Source of the DNA: Gammaproteobacteria bacterium
GTDB lineage: Bacteria; Pseudomonadota; Gammaproteobacteria; Natronospirales; JAJUFS01
Reading direction: 5' to 3'
Assembly: GCA_033720895.1 (NCBI GenBank)
Contig: JAWWBS010000001.1
Coordinates: forward strand, 67,310-131,309
Length of the DNA: 64,000 bases
The stretch's first letter is position 1; the number at the start of each line of letters is the position of its first letter. Positions 52,321 to 62,465 of this stretch are shown here, one piece after another. The position numbers and the translations under genes were made by a program. The notes under the pieces were generated by a model that worked only from the letters and a program-made list of their open reading frames with translations, had not been told where the DNA came from and ran no database searches.

Positions 52321-53400
52321 TCAAGGCCCCGCTTCTGCCTCAAGGTCGTCGGCATGCTCCTCGTCGGGCCAGGCATGCAGCACTGCCTTCACCAGGGTTG
52401 CCAGCGGAATGGCAAAGAACACGCCCCAGAAGCCCCAGATACCGCCAAAGAACAGGATTGCCACGATGATGGCGATCGGATGCAGGTTGACCACTTCGGA
52501 AAACAGCAACGGCACCAGCAGGTTGCCGTCGAGGAACTGGATGATGCCGTAGCCGATCATCAGCTGGGCGAGTTCCGTGGTCCAGCCAAACTGGAACACG
52601 CCGACGGCAAATATCGGCAACGTCACCACCGTGGCTCCGATATAGGGAATGATGACGGACAATCCGACCAGCAGGCTGAGCAGCATGGCAAATTGCAGGC
52701 CGACAAAGGTCAGCAAGAGATAGGTGGCAAACCAGATGATGAGAATTTCCCAGAACTTGCCGCGGATGTAATTGCCGATCTGGGCATCGACGTCGCGCCA
52801 GACGCGCTGCGCGAGAGCCCGGTTCTCCGGCAGGTAGCGGGTCATCCAATCAAGAATCTGGTGCTTGTCCTTGAGGAAGAAGAAAACCATCAGCGGCACC
52901 AGGATCAGGTACACCATGAATGCGATCAGGTTGACCACCGAAGCCAGTGACAGGCTGACCACGGTCTGTCCGAGACCCGCGATTTCCTCGCGAACCCGGT
53001 CGATGATGTCGATGACCTGTGCCTCGGTGAAAATTTCCGGGTAGCGTGCCGGCAGGTGCATCAGCCAGTCCTGGCCGTTGGCGAACATGGCCGGCAGCTG
53101 GCCAACGAGCTGCGTCAGCTGGCGTGACAGCATCGGCACCAGGCCGAACAGCACCGCGATGCCGACCACCATGAAAACCGCAAACACGGCAGGCGCGGCA
53201 ACCGGCCTGCCCAGCCCCGCTTCCACGACGCGACGCACCACGCCTTCCAGCAAGTAAGCCAGCACCACCGCTGCCAGCACAGGCCCCAGTATGTCGCCGA
53301 GGAAGACCACCAGGCCCAGCCCGACCAGCAGCAAGGCCGCCAGGATCAGCACCTGCGGGTTGGTGAAATTTCGCTCAAACCAGCGAAGAATCGCTTTCAT
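52321..53400 (-). CDS. AI-2E family transporter (PerM/YdiK-like)
   Basis: Polytopic protein. IPYIGATVVTLP...LDGNLLVPLLFSEVVNLHP matches the family signature. Confidence 0.9.
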   Translation of the reverse strand: MKAILRWFERNFTNPQVLILAALLLVGLGLVVFLGDILGPVLAAVVLAYLLEGVVRRVVEAGLGRPVAAPAVFAVFMVVGIAVLFGLVPMLSRQLTQLVGQLPAMFANGQDWLMHLPARYPEIFTEAQVIDIIDRVREEIAGLGQTVVSLSLASVVNLIAFMVYLILVPLMVFFFLKDKHQILDWMTRYLPENRALAQRVWRDVDAQIGNYIRGKFWEILIIWFATYLLLTFVGLQFAMLLSLLVGLSVIIPYIGATVVTLPIFAVGVFQFGWTTELAQLMIGYGIIQFLDGNLLVPLLFSEVVNLHPIAIIVAILFFGGIWGFWGVFFAIPLATLVKAVLHAWPDEEHADDLEAEAGP

Positions 53401-53537
53401 CAGGCCTGCTCCTTTGAGAATCCAGTGGGTCAAAAACCCTTGATAACCGCTTGCTGGCGTTCATCTTACAATTTTCCAGAGCCTGTGATTAAATCGGTGC
53501 CTGACACCCGAAACAGTGAGGTCCAGGGGATAACACC

Positions 53538-54875
53538 ATGATGACGCAGAAGCATACTTCCAAGCTCTCCAAGGCGCTGATTCTTGCAGCCGCCCTGACA
53601 TTGCCGGGCACCAGCCTGGCCGCCGGTTTCCAGCTGTCCGAGCAGAGCGGCAACGGCCTGGGCCGTGCCTTTGCCGGTGGCGCCGCATGGGCTGAAAATG
53701 CCACCACCGTATTCTACAACCCGGCCGGCATGACTCGCCTCGAGGACACGCAGCTGGTGTTTGGTGCCAGTGTCATCACCCTGGGTGCCGATTTTGATCG
53801 GACCGTCACCGTTGACGCCGTCGGCCAGCCGCTGACCGGCGGTGAAGGCGGCGACGTCGGCAAGCTTGGCGGTGTGCCGACCGGCTACTTCGTCATGCCG
53901 ATCGACGAAAAGTGGACCTTCGGCCTGGGCCTCAACGCACCGTTCGGCCTGTCGACGGACCATCCGATCGACTGGGTCGGCCGTTACCAGGCGGTGTACT
54001 CCCACGTCTCGACCTTCAACATCAACCCGTCGATGGGTTACGAGATTGACGACAACTGGTCCGTCGGCTTTGGCCTCAACCTGCAGAATTTCCGCGTCAA
54101 GCTGACCAACATGGTCGACTATGGTGCTGTCTGCTTCGGCAATGTCGACCCGCTGACCTGTAGCGGTATCGGCCTCACGCCGCAAAGCTACGACGGCTAT
54201 GCCGAGGTCGAGGGTGACGGCTGGAACTTCGGCGTGAACTTCGGCGTGATGTGGGCCAACGACGCTACCCGTGTCGGCTTCCACTACCGCGGCAGCGTCG
54301 ACCACGAGCTCGAGGGTGATGCCACGTTCATTGGCGCCCCGGCCCTGTTCGCTGCTTCCGATGTGTTCGTCGACACCGGCATCAAGGCCGACTTCAAGAC
54401 GCCAGAGACGCTGTCCCTGTCTGTCGTTCACGCGATCGACAACAACTGGACGCTCTCCTTCGACGCCACCCGCACTGGCTGGGACACCTTCCAGGAGCTG
54501 CGCATTCGTTACGACAGCGCCCAGCCTGACACCGTCGAGGACTACCTCTGGGAAGATGCATGGCGCTATGCCATCGGTGTCGACTACAAGTACTCCAACG
54601 AATGGACCTTCCGTGCCGGCTATGCCTTCGACGAAACGCCGATTGCCATCGAAGAAGCCCGTACGCCGCGCCTGCCGGACGCCGACCGCAACTGGCTGTC
54701 CTTCGGCGCCAGCTACAAGATGAACAGCAACATGATGCTGAACTTCGGCTACTCCAAGCTGTTCCTCGACGACGACATCGAGCTGAACAAGGTGGGTTCG
54801 CAGGGCGACACCTTGCGAGGCACTTACGAAGCGGCAGCCGACATCTTCGGTGCCGAGCTCGTCTACTCGTTCTGA
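53538..54875 (+). CDS. fadL: Outer-membrane long-chain fatty acid / hydrophobic compound transporter, FadL/OmpP1/TodX family
   Basis: Signal peptide, then AAGFQLSEQSGNGLGRAFAGGAA, with a C-terminal aromatic residue (...ELVYSF). Confidence 0.92.
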   Translation: MMTQKHTSKLSKALILAAALTLPGTSLAAGFQLSEQSGNGLGRAFAGGAAWAENATTVFYNPAGMTRLEDTQLVFGASVITLGADFDRTVTVDAVGQPLTGGEGGDVGKLGGVPTGYFVMPIDEKWTFGLGLNAPFGLSTDHPIDWVGRYQAVYSHVSTFNINPSMGYEIDDNWSVGFGLNLQNFRVKLTNMVDYGAVCFGNVDPLTCSGIGLTPQSYDGYAEVEGDGWNFGVNFGVMWANDATRVGFHYRGSVDHELEGDATFIGAPALFAASDVFVDTGIKADFKTPETLSLSVVHAIDNNWTLSFDATRTGWDTFQELRIRYDSAQPDTVEDYLWEDAWRYAIGVDYKYSNEWTFRAGYAFDETPIAIEEARTPRLPDADRNWLSFGASYKMNSNMMLNFGYSKLFLDDDIELNKVGSQGDTLRGTYEAAADIFGAELVYSF

Positions 54876-54920
54876 TGCAGTGCCGGCCCTCGAACAGGGC
54901 CGCGGATTGTGGAAAAACGA

Positions 54921-54956
54921 AGAAAGCCCCGGTTCTGCCGGGGCTTTCTTTTTTTC
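54921..54956 (+). terminator. Rho-independent terminator after fadL
   Basis: GAAAGCCCCGG-TTCTG-CCGGGGCTTTC followed by a T-run. Confidence 0.85.
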
Positions 54957-55015
54957 CGGGCAGCCAAGGCAGGTAAACTCTGGAACATGAATGCTCCTGG
55001 AGTGGTCGAAACGTC

Positions 55016-56506
55016 ATGCACCTCGTCATGAACCCTGCTGCCCCGCTTGCGCTCCTGCGCAGGCTGCTTGTTGCATGCGTGCTGGCCACCGTGACGGTAC
55101 CTGCCCTGGCCAGTCCGGGGCTGACGCTGCCGGATCTCGGCAGCGTCACGCTGGACAACATGGGCAGCGCCCAGGAGCGCGCCCTCGGGCGCGCCATCGT
55201 GAACGAAATCCGACGCCAGGGCGGCCTGGTCGAGGATCCGGAGCTTGCCGAATACATCCAGAACCTCGGGTCACGACTGTCATCCAGTTACGGCGGTGGT
55301 GATTTCACCTTTTTCCTGGTCAAGGATGACAGCATCAATGCTTTCGCCCTGCCTGGTGGCTACATCGGCGTGCATACCGGCCTGGTGCGCCGGACACGGA
55401 CGGAGTCTGAGCTGGCCAGCGTGATCGCCCATGAAATCGCGCATGTGACACAAAAGCACATTGCGCGACGCTACCAGGCCAGCAATGCCAGCAACCTGAA
55501 AACTCTCGGACTGCTGCTGGGCGCGATCGCCATCGCAGCGGCAGGCGGAGACAGCGATGATGTTGCCGGAACCCTGATGCTTGGCCAGGGACTGGCGATC
55601 CAGGAGCAATTGAATTTCACGCGTGCCCAGGAAACCGAGGCTGATCGTGTCGGCTTGAACATCCTCACGCGCGCCGATTTCGATCCGCAGGGCATGGTGA
55701 ACTTCTTCCAGGTCATGCAGCGCTTCGAGCGACTGCAAAGCACGCGCAGGCTGGAGTTCATGAGCACCCACCCGCTTTCCACCACTCGCGTGATCGAGGC
55801 CGCACAGCGTGTCCAGGCGATGGGGCCGGTATCGGGGCGAGAGTCGCGAACCTACCCCCTCATGCACGCCCGCATACAGGCACTCTATGTCGCGGCCGAT
55901 GACCAGGGCGGGCAGACCACAGTGGCCACCGACGGCGATGAACTGGCAACGCGCTACCTGGAAGCCCTGCGCCACCTTGAAAGGGGCCGGGCCCGACAGG
56001 CGTCGGACATCTTCAGCGACCTCAAACAGGAAGCCATGGATCGAGCCAGCTTCCATATCGGCCACGGACGCGCACTGGCAGTCGCCGGAGACAAGGCCGC
56101 GGCACTGGACGTACTTGGCAAGGCACGCCTGCTGTTCCCCGAGAGTGTCCCCGTGGCATTGACTTACGCCGAAGCACTCGAGACCTTCGGCGAAACCGGG
56201 GAGGCCTACTCCTTCCTCGACAATTTCTTCAATCGTCACAGCCCGCCAGTCGAAGCAATCCGGTATCTCGCGCGCCTGGCCAGCGCACTGGATATGGTTG
56301 GCAAGTCACATTACCTGATGTCCGAGTATTACCTCCGGACCGGCGAAGGTGAGCGCGCGCGCATCCAGTTGCAATTGTCGCTCCAGGTGGAGAACATCAG
56401 CGAAACCGAGCGACTGCAATACCAGGCCAGGCTGGACGAACTGGAAGGCGCCCTTGCCGCCGTGCGCCGGTCGTCCCGCGAGAGCGAGAATCGGAAGCAA
56501 CGATAG
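55016..56506 (+). CDS. bepA: Beta-barrel assembly-enhancing protease (M48 peptidase with TPR domain)
   Basis: Signal peptide, INAFALPGGYIGVHTGL, HEIAHVTQKH, C-terminal TPR-like helices. Confidence 0.88.
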   Translation: MHLVMNPAAPLALLRRLLVACVLATVTVPALASPGLTLPDLGSVTLDNMGSAQERALGRAIVNEIRRQGGLVEDPELAEYIQNLGSRLSSSYGGGDFTFFLVKDDSINAFALPGGYIGVHTGLVRRTRTESELASVIAHEIAHVTQKHIARRYQASNASNLKTLGLLLGAIAIAAAGGDSDDVAGTLMLGQGLAIQEQLNFTRAQETEADRVGLNILTRADFDPQGMVNFFQVMQRFERLQSTRRLEFMSTHPLSTTRVIEAAQRVQAMGPVSGRESRTYPLMHARIQALYVAADDQGGQTTVATDGDELATRYLEALRHLERGRARQASDIFSDLKQEAMDRASFHIGHGRALAVAGDKAAALDVLGKARLLFPESVPVALTYAEALETFGETGEAYSFLDNFFNRHSPPVEAIRYLARLASALDMVGKSHYLMSEYYLRTGEGERARIQLQLSLQVENISETERLQYQARLDELEGALAAVRRSSRESENRKQR

Positions 56507-56616
56507 GAAATCAACGCCCGGCAGTCCATTTGGCGCTGCTGCTGAAAGCGGCGCGGCAGCCGTGTAAAATCCTGCCTCGCATCGAAATCCCCGGTCGACC
56601 TTGTTTCGGAGAACCC

Positions 56617-57462
56617 ATGTTCAGACTTTCGAGCCTGCTGATGCTTGTCCTGCTGACTGGCTGCGCCAGCCTTCCCGAGGGGACCCAACGCTCCGACGAT
56701 GATCCATGGGAGCGATACAACCGCGCGATGTATCAGTTCAATGATGCTGTCGATTCATCGGTATTGAGGCCATTGGCTGTCGGTTACGACACCATCACAC
56801 CCGATCCGGTGCAGACCGGGGTTGCCAACTTCTTCGACAACCTCAGCTACCCTGTCACCATCCTCAACCAGTTCCTGCAGGGCAAGATCGGTGATGGCCT
56901 GGCTGGCATAGGCAGGTTCCTGATCAACACCACCGTGGGCTTTGCGGGCATCTTCGATCCCGCCACGAAGATGGGAATAGATGCCAGGGATGAGGATTTC
57001 GGCCAGACCCTAGGCGTATGGGGAGTACCCCGCGGACCCTATCTCGTCCTGCCCTTCCTCGGGCCATCAAGCGTACGGGGCACGATCGGCTTTGCCGGTG
57101 ATGTCCAGGTAGACCCGGTCTGGCGCAACGTCGACCTGCATGAAGACGCCCGCTATGGCCTGCTGTTCATCGACATCGTTCAGACGCGAGCCCAGTACCT
57201 GGATCTCGATTCACAGATCAGCGAAGCCTATGACCCCTACACTTTCCTGCGCGACGCCTACCTGCAGCGTCGGGAATTCCAGCTCTACGACGGCAACCCG
57301 CCGCAGGACCAGTACGATGAGCTGTACGACGATCTTTACGACTTCGATGACTTCGATGAAGAGGGATTCGATGAACCGGTAGAGGATGAACCAGCGGCAG
57401 CAGTGCAGCCGGAGGAAAGCATCCCGGCGGGCGAGTCGGGCGACAACACCAGCCGCGAATAA
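56617..57462 (+). CDS. mlaA: Outer-membrane lipoprotein MlaA (VacJ) with acidic C-terminal extension
   Basis: Lipobox LLTGC, DPWERYNRAMYQFND, FGQTLGVWG. The tail is D/E/Y/F-rich. Confidence 0.92.
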   Translation: MFRLSSLLMLVLLTGCASLPEGTQRSDDDPWERYNRAMYQFNDAVDSSVLRPLAVGYDTITPDPVQTGVANFFDNLSYPVTILNQFLQGKIGDGLAGIGRFLINTTVGFAGIFDPATKMGIDARDEDFGQTLGVWGVPRGPYLVLPFLGPSSVRGTIGFAGDVQVDPVWRNVDLHEDARYGLLFIDIVQTRAQYLDLDSQISEAYDPYTFLRDAYLQRREFQLYDGNPPQDQYDELYDDLYDFDDFDEEGFDEPVEDEPAAAVQPEESIPAGESGDNTSRE

Positions 57463-57484
57463 TCAGTGATTCAGAGGCCTGGCA

Positions 57485-57775
57485 TCATGCCAGGCCGATC
57501 ATCGCTTCCAGGTCGCTGATGCTGGCGATCTTCCGAATGCGGTCGGGCGCATTGACCACGTCGAGCTGCAGGGAGCGCTGGCGCGCCAGCCGCTGCCATT
57601 CCAGGAGCAGTGCGATGGCCGCCGAATCGACGGCCGTAACCTTCCCGAGATCCAGCGTCCGGACCGCCCCTGCCTCGGCCTGCAACCAGTCATCGCCTTC
57701 GACACGCAGCCCGGCCGCCGTTTCCAGGGTCATGGGACCCGCCAGCGACCAACTGGCTGCATTGTTCTCACGCAT
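57485..57775 (-). CDS. mlaB: STAS-domain protein MlaB
   Basis: 96-aa STAS pattern (LDLGKVTAVDSAAIALLLEW) at the end of the mlaFEDC cluster. Confidence 0.85.
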   Translation of the reverse strand: MRENNAASWSLAGPMTLETAAGLRVEGDDWLQAEAGAVRTLDLGKVTAVDSAAIALLLEWQRLARQRSLQLDVVNAPDRIRKIASISDLEAMIGLA

Positions 57776-57780
57776 GTCGC

Positions 57781-58428
57781 TCAGCCCTCGGCCTTGCTGT
57801 CGCTGCCGTCAGACAGGCCAGCATCGATGGTTTCGCCCTGCAGTCGTTCGATCACGCTGCCGAGGCCTTTCTGCTCGATCTCGGTATTGAAGTCGGTGCG
57901 GTAGTTCCTGACGTAGGAAATGCCTTCGATGATCACGTCATAGACCAGCCATTCCTCGCCAGTCCAGCGCAAGGTGAAAGCGACCGGTACGGGCGCCCCC
58001 TGCTCGCGATAGATCTCGAGCTGGATGATGGTGCGCTTGGGATTGGCTTCGCCTCGCAGCGGCAGAACCTTGAACTTGTCGCGAGTGAACTCGGCCAGGC
58101 CCTGGGCATAACTGCGCAGCAGGAAGCCCTTGAAGGCAGCGACAAACTGCTCGCGTTCCGCATCGCTCGCCGAACGCCAGTGCTTGCCGAGCACCAGGCG
58201 TGAGATGTAGTCGACATCGATGTGCGGCAGCAGCTCCTCTTCGACAATCCGGTTGGCGACTGCCTGGTCAGCGCGGATGGCTTCGCGCTTGGAATCGATG
58301 CGCTCGAGGATGGCATCAGCGCGATCGAGAATGAACTGCTCCGGGTCCGGCATGTCGGCCGCGAACGACGGCATCGCCAGCAGTCCGAACAGGACGAGGG
58401 AAAACTTCGAGAAGACCGTACGCATCAT
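57781..58428 (-). CDS. mlaC: Periplasmic phospholipid-binding protein MlaC (Ttg2D family)
   Basis: Signal peptide and the FDVDYISRLVLGKHWR / Tol-tolerance family pattern. Confidence 0.92.
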   Translation of the reverse strand: MMRTVFSKFSLVLFGLLAMPSFAADMPDPEQFILDRADAILERIDSKREAIRADQAVANRIVEEELLPHIDVDYISRLVLGKHWRSASDAEREQFVAAFKGFLLRSYAQGLAEFTRDKFKVLPLRGEANPKRTIIQLEIYREQGAPVPVAFTLRWTGEEWLVYDVIIEGISYVRNYRTDFNTEIEQKGLGSVIERLQGETIDAGLSDGSDSKAEG

Positions 58429-58892
58429 TTGTCTCCTTCCGTCTGGTTGAACAGGTACTTGCTGATCAGGTTCTCAAGGACAACCGCGGACTGCGTGAAC
58501 AGGATTTCATCACCCTGGGCCAGGTATTCGATGTCACCGCCAGGCTCCAGGCCGACGTACTTCTCACCGAGCAGGCCAGCAGTCAGGATCGACGCGCTGG
58601 TATCGGCTGGCAGCTTGTCGTAACGCTGGTTGATCATCAGGGTAACCACAGCGTCCAGTCGCTCGTTGTCGAACTCGATGCTCTGCACGCGACCGATGGT
58701 AACGCCTGCCATCGCCACAGGGGCGCGAGGCTTGAGGCTGCCGACGTTGCTGAAGCGAGCTGTCACCTCGTATCCCGAGCCATTGCTGTAGGCCTCGATA
58801 TTGGTGGTCTGCGTCAGCAGAAAGAACATCGCAAACAGGCCCAGCATTATGAACAGGCCAGTTGCGAATTCCACGGATCGTTGTTGAGCCAT
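58425..58892 (-). CDS. mlaD: MCE-domain protein MlaD
   Basis: N-terminal TM then the MCE core (GSLKPRAPVAMAGVTIGRV). 4-nt overlap with mlaC. Confidence 0.94.
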   Translation of the reverse strand: MAQQRSVEFATGLFIMLGLFAMFFLLTQTTNIEAYSNGSGYEVTARFSNVGSLKPRAPVAMAGVTIGRVQSIEFDNERLDAVVTLMINQRYDKLPADTSASILTAGLLGEKYVGLEPGGDIEYLAQGDEILFTQSAVVLENLISKYLFNQTEGDK

Positions 58893-58904
58893 GTCGATAT
58901 ATCC

Positions 58905-59678
58905 TCAGATCATCATTGCGGTCAGCAGGTAGTCGAGAATGAGCACGACCATCGCGGTTACCACCACGGTCTGGGTCGTCGCCCGACTCACGCCTTCTGC
59001 TGTCGGATAAGCTCGGTAGCCTTCGAATACCGCCAGCAAGCCGGCAGCGGCACCGAAGAAAACGCTTTTCAATGCGCCGCCCAGGACATCGTCGTACACA
59101 TCGACGTTGTCCGGCATTGGCGCCCAGAACTGGCCATTGTCCAGCCCCATGAACTGCACGGCCACGAACCACGCGCCGAGAATGCCGATGGCATTGAAAA
59201 TCGCAGTCAGCAATGGCATCGATATCAATGCACCCAGGAAACGCGGCAACACGACATAGCGGAACGGATTGACCGCCATCATCTCCATGCCTGCCAGCTG
59301 TTCGGTCGCCTTCATCAAGCCGATTTCCGAAGCCAGCGCCGTACCGGCGCGGCCGGCAAACAGCAAGGCCGTCACCACCGGACCCAGTTCACGCACCAGT
59401 GCGAGCACCACGACGGGGCCCAGCGACTGCTCGGCGCCGAACTTGGACATGGTGTTGTAGAACTGCAGGCCCAGCACCATGCCGACGAACAGGCCGGACA
59501 TCATGATCAGCACCAGCGAATTGGCACCGATCAGGTAGACCTGGCGCGAGATGAGCCCCGGACGAAGGAAGGCGCGCGGCGTGTCTTTCAACAGCCGCAG
59601 GAAGAAGAACGTCGCCTCTCCCAGCGTGACCAGGAAGCCGTGGATTTTTCGCCAGGTGTGATTGACGACAGTAATCAT
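58905..59678 (-). CDS. mlaE: ABC transporter permease MlaE
   Basis: RELGPVVTALLFAGRAG signature. The start was chosen at MITVVNH, overlapping the mlaF stop by 4 nt. Confidence 0.94.
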   Translation of the reverse strand: MITVVNHTWRKIHGFLVTLGEATFFFLRLLKDTPRAFLRPGLISRQVYLIGANSLVLIMMSGLFVGMVLGLQFYNTMSKFGAEQSLGPVVVLALVRELGPVVTALLFAGRAGTALASEIGLMKATEQLAGMEMMAVNPFRYVVLPRFLGALISMPLLTAIFNAIGILGAWFVAVQFMGLDNGQFWAPMPDNVDVYDDVLGGALKSVFFGAAAGLLAVFEGYRAYPTAEGVSRATTQTVVVTAMVVLILDYLLTAMMI

Positions 59679-60487
59679 TGCTCCGACTCCTGCAGGAAAT
59701 CGGCCTTGAGTGACGCCGCCGGATAATGGAAGGGCACCGGGCCATCTGCCTCGCCCTGCATGAACTGGCGCACCCATTCCGAATCGCTCCGGTTCAACTC
59801 GTCCGGATGGCCGTGGGCCGCCACTTTGCCGTCAGCGAGCAGGTAGATGTCATCAGCCACCGAGCTGATCTCGGCAATATCGTGCGAGACCACCAGGCTG
59901 GTGAGGCCCAGCGCATCGTTCAGCAGCTTGATGAGGCGAACGATGACGCCCATGGAAATCGGGTCCAGGCCGACGAAGGGCTCATCGTAGAAGATCATGT
60001 CCGGATCCATGACGATGGCGCGTGCCAATGCCACCCGGCGAGCCATGCCACCGGACAGTTCGGCCGGCATCATGTCATGCGCACCGCGCAGGCCAACGGC
60101 CTGCAGCTTCATCAGCACCAGGTCACGAATCAGCGCTTCGGGCAGGTCGGTGTGCTCGCGCAGGGGAAAGGCGACGTTTTCGAAGACCGACAAGTCGGTC
60201 AGCAAGGCACTGGCCTGGAACAGGAAACCCATGCGCTTGCGCAGCGCATACAGCCCATCGGTGTCGAGATCGGAGACTTCCTGGCCATCGACGGTAATCG
60301 AACCGCTGTCGGGCTTCAGCTGCCCCGTGATAAGCCGCAACAAGGTGGTCTTGCCGGTTCCGCTGGGCCCCATGAACGCCGTGACGCGACCTTCCACGAC
60401 GTCAACGTCAACGCCCCGGAAAATCACCTTGTCACCGCGGGAATAATGGAGGTCCCTGACCTTGATCAGCGTCTTGTTATCCGACAT
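59675..60487 (-). CDS. mlaF: ABC transporter ATP-binding protein MlaF
   Basis: Walker A GPSGTGKTT, signature LSGGMARRVALARA, Walker B IFYDEP. Confidence 0.96.
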   Translation of the reverse strand: MSDNKTLIKVRDLHYSRGDKVIFRGVDVDVVEGRVTAFMGPSGTGKTTLLRLITGQLKPDSGSITVDGQEVSDLDTDGLYALRKRMGFLFQASALLTDLSVFENVAFPLREHTDLPEALIRDLVLMKLQAVGLRGAHDMMPAELSGGMARRVALARAIVMDPDMIFYDEPFVGLDPISMGVIVRLIKLLNDALGLTSLVVSHDIAEISSVADDIYLLADGKVAAHGHPDELNRSDSEWVRQFMQGEADGPVPFHYPAASLKADFLQESEQ

Positions 60488-60520
60488 GCGCCTGTCCTTG
60501 GGGAGTTATGCCTAAGTCTG

Positions 60521-60553
60521 ACACAAGAAACCCCGCAACGTTGCGTCGCGGGG
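60521..60553 (-). terminator. Terminator after the aldolase gene
   Basis: CCCCGC...GCGGGG interrupted stem. The minus strand is followed by TTTCTTGTGT. Confidence 0.55.
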
Positions 60554-60583
60554 CCCCTTGAATCGACAGATATTCGGCAGATT

Positions 60584-61603
60584 TCAGGCTGCCTTTTCCA
60601 TGTCCGTGCTGTACTCGCCCAGGTGAGCCAGGCCATTCATCTTGGCCCGGTGCATGAACGCCGCCTGTGCCGCCGGCACGTTGTCGGCCGAGCCGCCCCA
60701 GGCCTTCAATGCGGCAGCCTGCAAGGCACGGCCATAGGAGAAGGTCAGCGCCCAGGGGTGCGGACCCATCTGGTTCATCAGGTTCAGGTGCTCGGTGGCC
60801 AGCTCGTCGCTCTGCCCGCCCGACAGGAAGGCGATGCCCGGCACGGCCGCCGGCACATGGTTCAGCAGGCAGGCAATGGTCATGTCGGCAACCAGCTCCG
60901 GCTCGGCCTGCTCGGCACAGCCCTTGCCCGAGATCACCATGTTCGGCTTCAGCACCATGCCTTCCAGCGCAACGTTCTGCTTGTACAGCTCGTCGAAGAC
61001 CGTCTTCAGGGTGTAGCTGGTGACTTCGTAGCACTCCTCGATGCTGTTGTCGGCGTCCATCAGGACTTCCGGCTCGACGATCGGCACGATGCCGGCTTCC
61101 TGGCAGAGGGCGGCATAGCGCGCCAGGGCGTGGGCGTTGGTCTCGATGCAGTTGCTGGAGGGAATGTCCTCGCCGATGGTGATCACGGCGCGCCACTTGG
61201 CAAAGCGTGCGCCCAGGTCGTAGTACTCGGTCAGGCGCTCACGCAGGCCGTCGAGACCCTCGGTGATCTTCTCGCCTTCGCAGCCAGCGAGGTCCTTGGC
61301 ACCCATGTCGACCTTGATGCCGGGGACGACACCCATATCCTGCAGCTTCTTCGGGAACGGCGTGCCGTCAGCCGACTTCTGGCGCAGCGTTTCGTCGTAC
61401 ATGATCACGCCGCTGATGTACTGCTCCATGCCCTCGGCAGAGAACAGCAGGTCACGGTAGGCGCGGCGGTTTTCCTCGGTGGATTCCACGTTGATGCCGG
61501 CAAAGCGCTTGGTAATCGTGCCAGTGCTTTCATCGGCCGCCAGGATGCCCTTGCCCGGTGCCACCATGGCCAGTGCGATGTCGTTGAGTGCCTCGAGATC
61601 CAT
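60584..61603 (-). CDS. fba: Class I fructose-bisphosphate aldolase
   Basis: GKGILAADESTGT, and LEGMVLKPNM containing the Schiff-base lysine. 339 aa. Confidence 0.95.
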   Translation of the reverse strand: MDLEALNDIALAMVAPGKGILAADESTGTITKRFAGINVESTEENRRAYRDLLFSAEGMEQYISGVIMYDETLRQKSADGTPFPKKLQDMGVVPGIKVDMGAKDLAGCEGEKITEGLDGLRERLTEYYDLGARFAKWRAVITIGEDIPSSNCIETNAHALARYAALCQEAGIVPIVEPEVLMDADNSIEECYEVTSYTLKTVFDELYKQNVALEGMVLKPNMVISGKGCAEQAEPELVADMTIACLLNHVPAAVPGIAFLSGGQSDELATEHLNLMNQMGPHPWALTFSYGRALQAAALKAWGGSADNVPAAQAAFMHRAKMNGLAHLGEYSTDMEKAA

Positions 61604-61747
61604 GCAAGTCCCCTCACAAAAATGATGAATCGGCGAACTCCGAAGGGAGCCGCCATGCCTGAAAAAGGCGGCTATTTTACCAGAGCAGGAACGAATCAGG
61701 CCATGCTTTCAGGTCGAAAGTGATGCAATTCAAGGCACCAGATCAGC

Positions 61748-62167
61748 CTACTCGCCGCTGACTGCGCCCCGCACCACCGGCTGCTTCCAGGTCGGGTCGA
61801 GCAACAGGGTGAAACCTCCCCGGGTCACCGCGCCCTGGTCGGCGCTGACCGCAGCCACATCTTCGGGGGTGAAGCCATACAGCTCGGCCAGGGCCGCGTT
61901 GACGTCGGCATTGCCCTCCAGCATGACGCTGGACACCAGCGGCTGGGCGACACCCGGGGCCGGGGCCGTGTTGAGGTGCGCAAAGCCTCCGTCGCCCTGG
62001 CAGAACCAGTAGTCCGGGCGTTGCTTGTCGCAGCTCAGGTCGCCAGCGTCTTCGATTCGGGAAATCTCTTCCGCAGCCGAGGCAAAGGTCGCCGGCGGCT
62101 CGCTGCCACAGGCGCTCAAAATCGAGAAAATACCCAGCAAAAACATGGACTTGAAGAAGCGCAACAT
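61748..62167 (-). CDS. Hypothetical lipoprotein
   Basis: MLRFFKSMFLLGIFSILSAC lipobox. No family recognised. Confidence 0.65.
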   Translation of the reverse strand: MLRFFKSMFLLGIFSILSACGSEPPATFASAAEEISRIEDAGDLSCDKQRPDYWFCQGDGGFAHLNTAPAPGVAQPLVSSVMLEGNADVNAALAELYGFTPEDVAAVSADQGAVTRGGFTLLLDPTWKQPVVRGAVSGE

Positions 62168-62350
62168 GGATCCCCCGATCGTCTGGTTGAATGATAGTGC
62201 CGCAAAGACTAGGCCAGCTGACGGGAACTTGCCATGAACGGCATCACGCAAACCACGTCCATCACGACAGATTCCGCGGTCTTCAAGGGAGCTTCGAATA
62301 CCAGCGGTGGCAGCAATGCCTGCAGGAGCGAGCGGGAACGGCAGGAAAAA

Positions 62351-62426
62351 TGGTGGGCCGTGTAGGATTCGAACCTACGACCAATTGGTTAAAAGCCAAC
62401 TGCTCTACCAACTGAGCTAACGGCCC
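62351..62426 (-). tRNA. tRNA-Lys (anticodon UUU), CCA encoded
   Basis: The reverse complement GGGCCGTTAGCTCAGTTGGTAGAGCAGTTGGCTTTTAACCAATTGGTCGTAGGTTCGAATCCTACACGGCCCACCA closely matches E. coli tRNA-Lys. Confidence 0.96.
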
Positions 62427-62465
62427 GCCAAGAAGCCGCGTAGGATACCCGAACCGGCGGGAGAT

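Noticed and set aside
53440-53475. Possible sigma54 promoter (TGGCGT-N5-TTACA) upstream of fadL
   Set aside because: The -12 element lacks the conserved GC dinucleotide (it has AC) and the -24 element is also imperfect. No enhancer-binding protein gene is nearby.
61604-62465. Island or prophage inserted at tRNA-Lys (a known hotspot downstream of queE-queC in Pseudomonas)
   Set aside because: The tRNA-Lys 3' side is followed only by a small lipoprotein gene and class I aldolase. No integrase, no direct repeat of the tRNA 3' end, and no compositional break were noticed. The site appears unoccupied.
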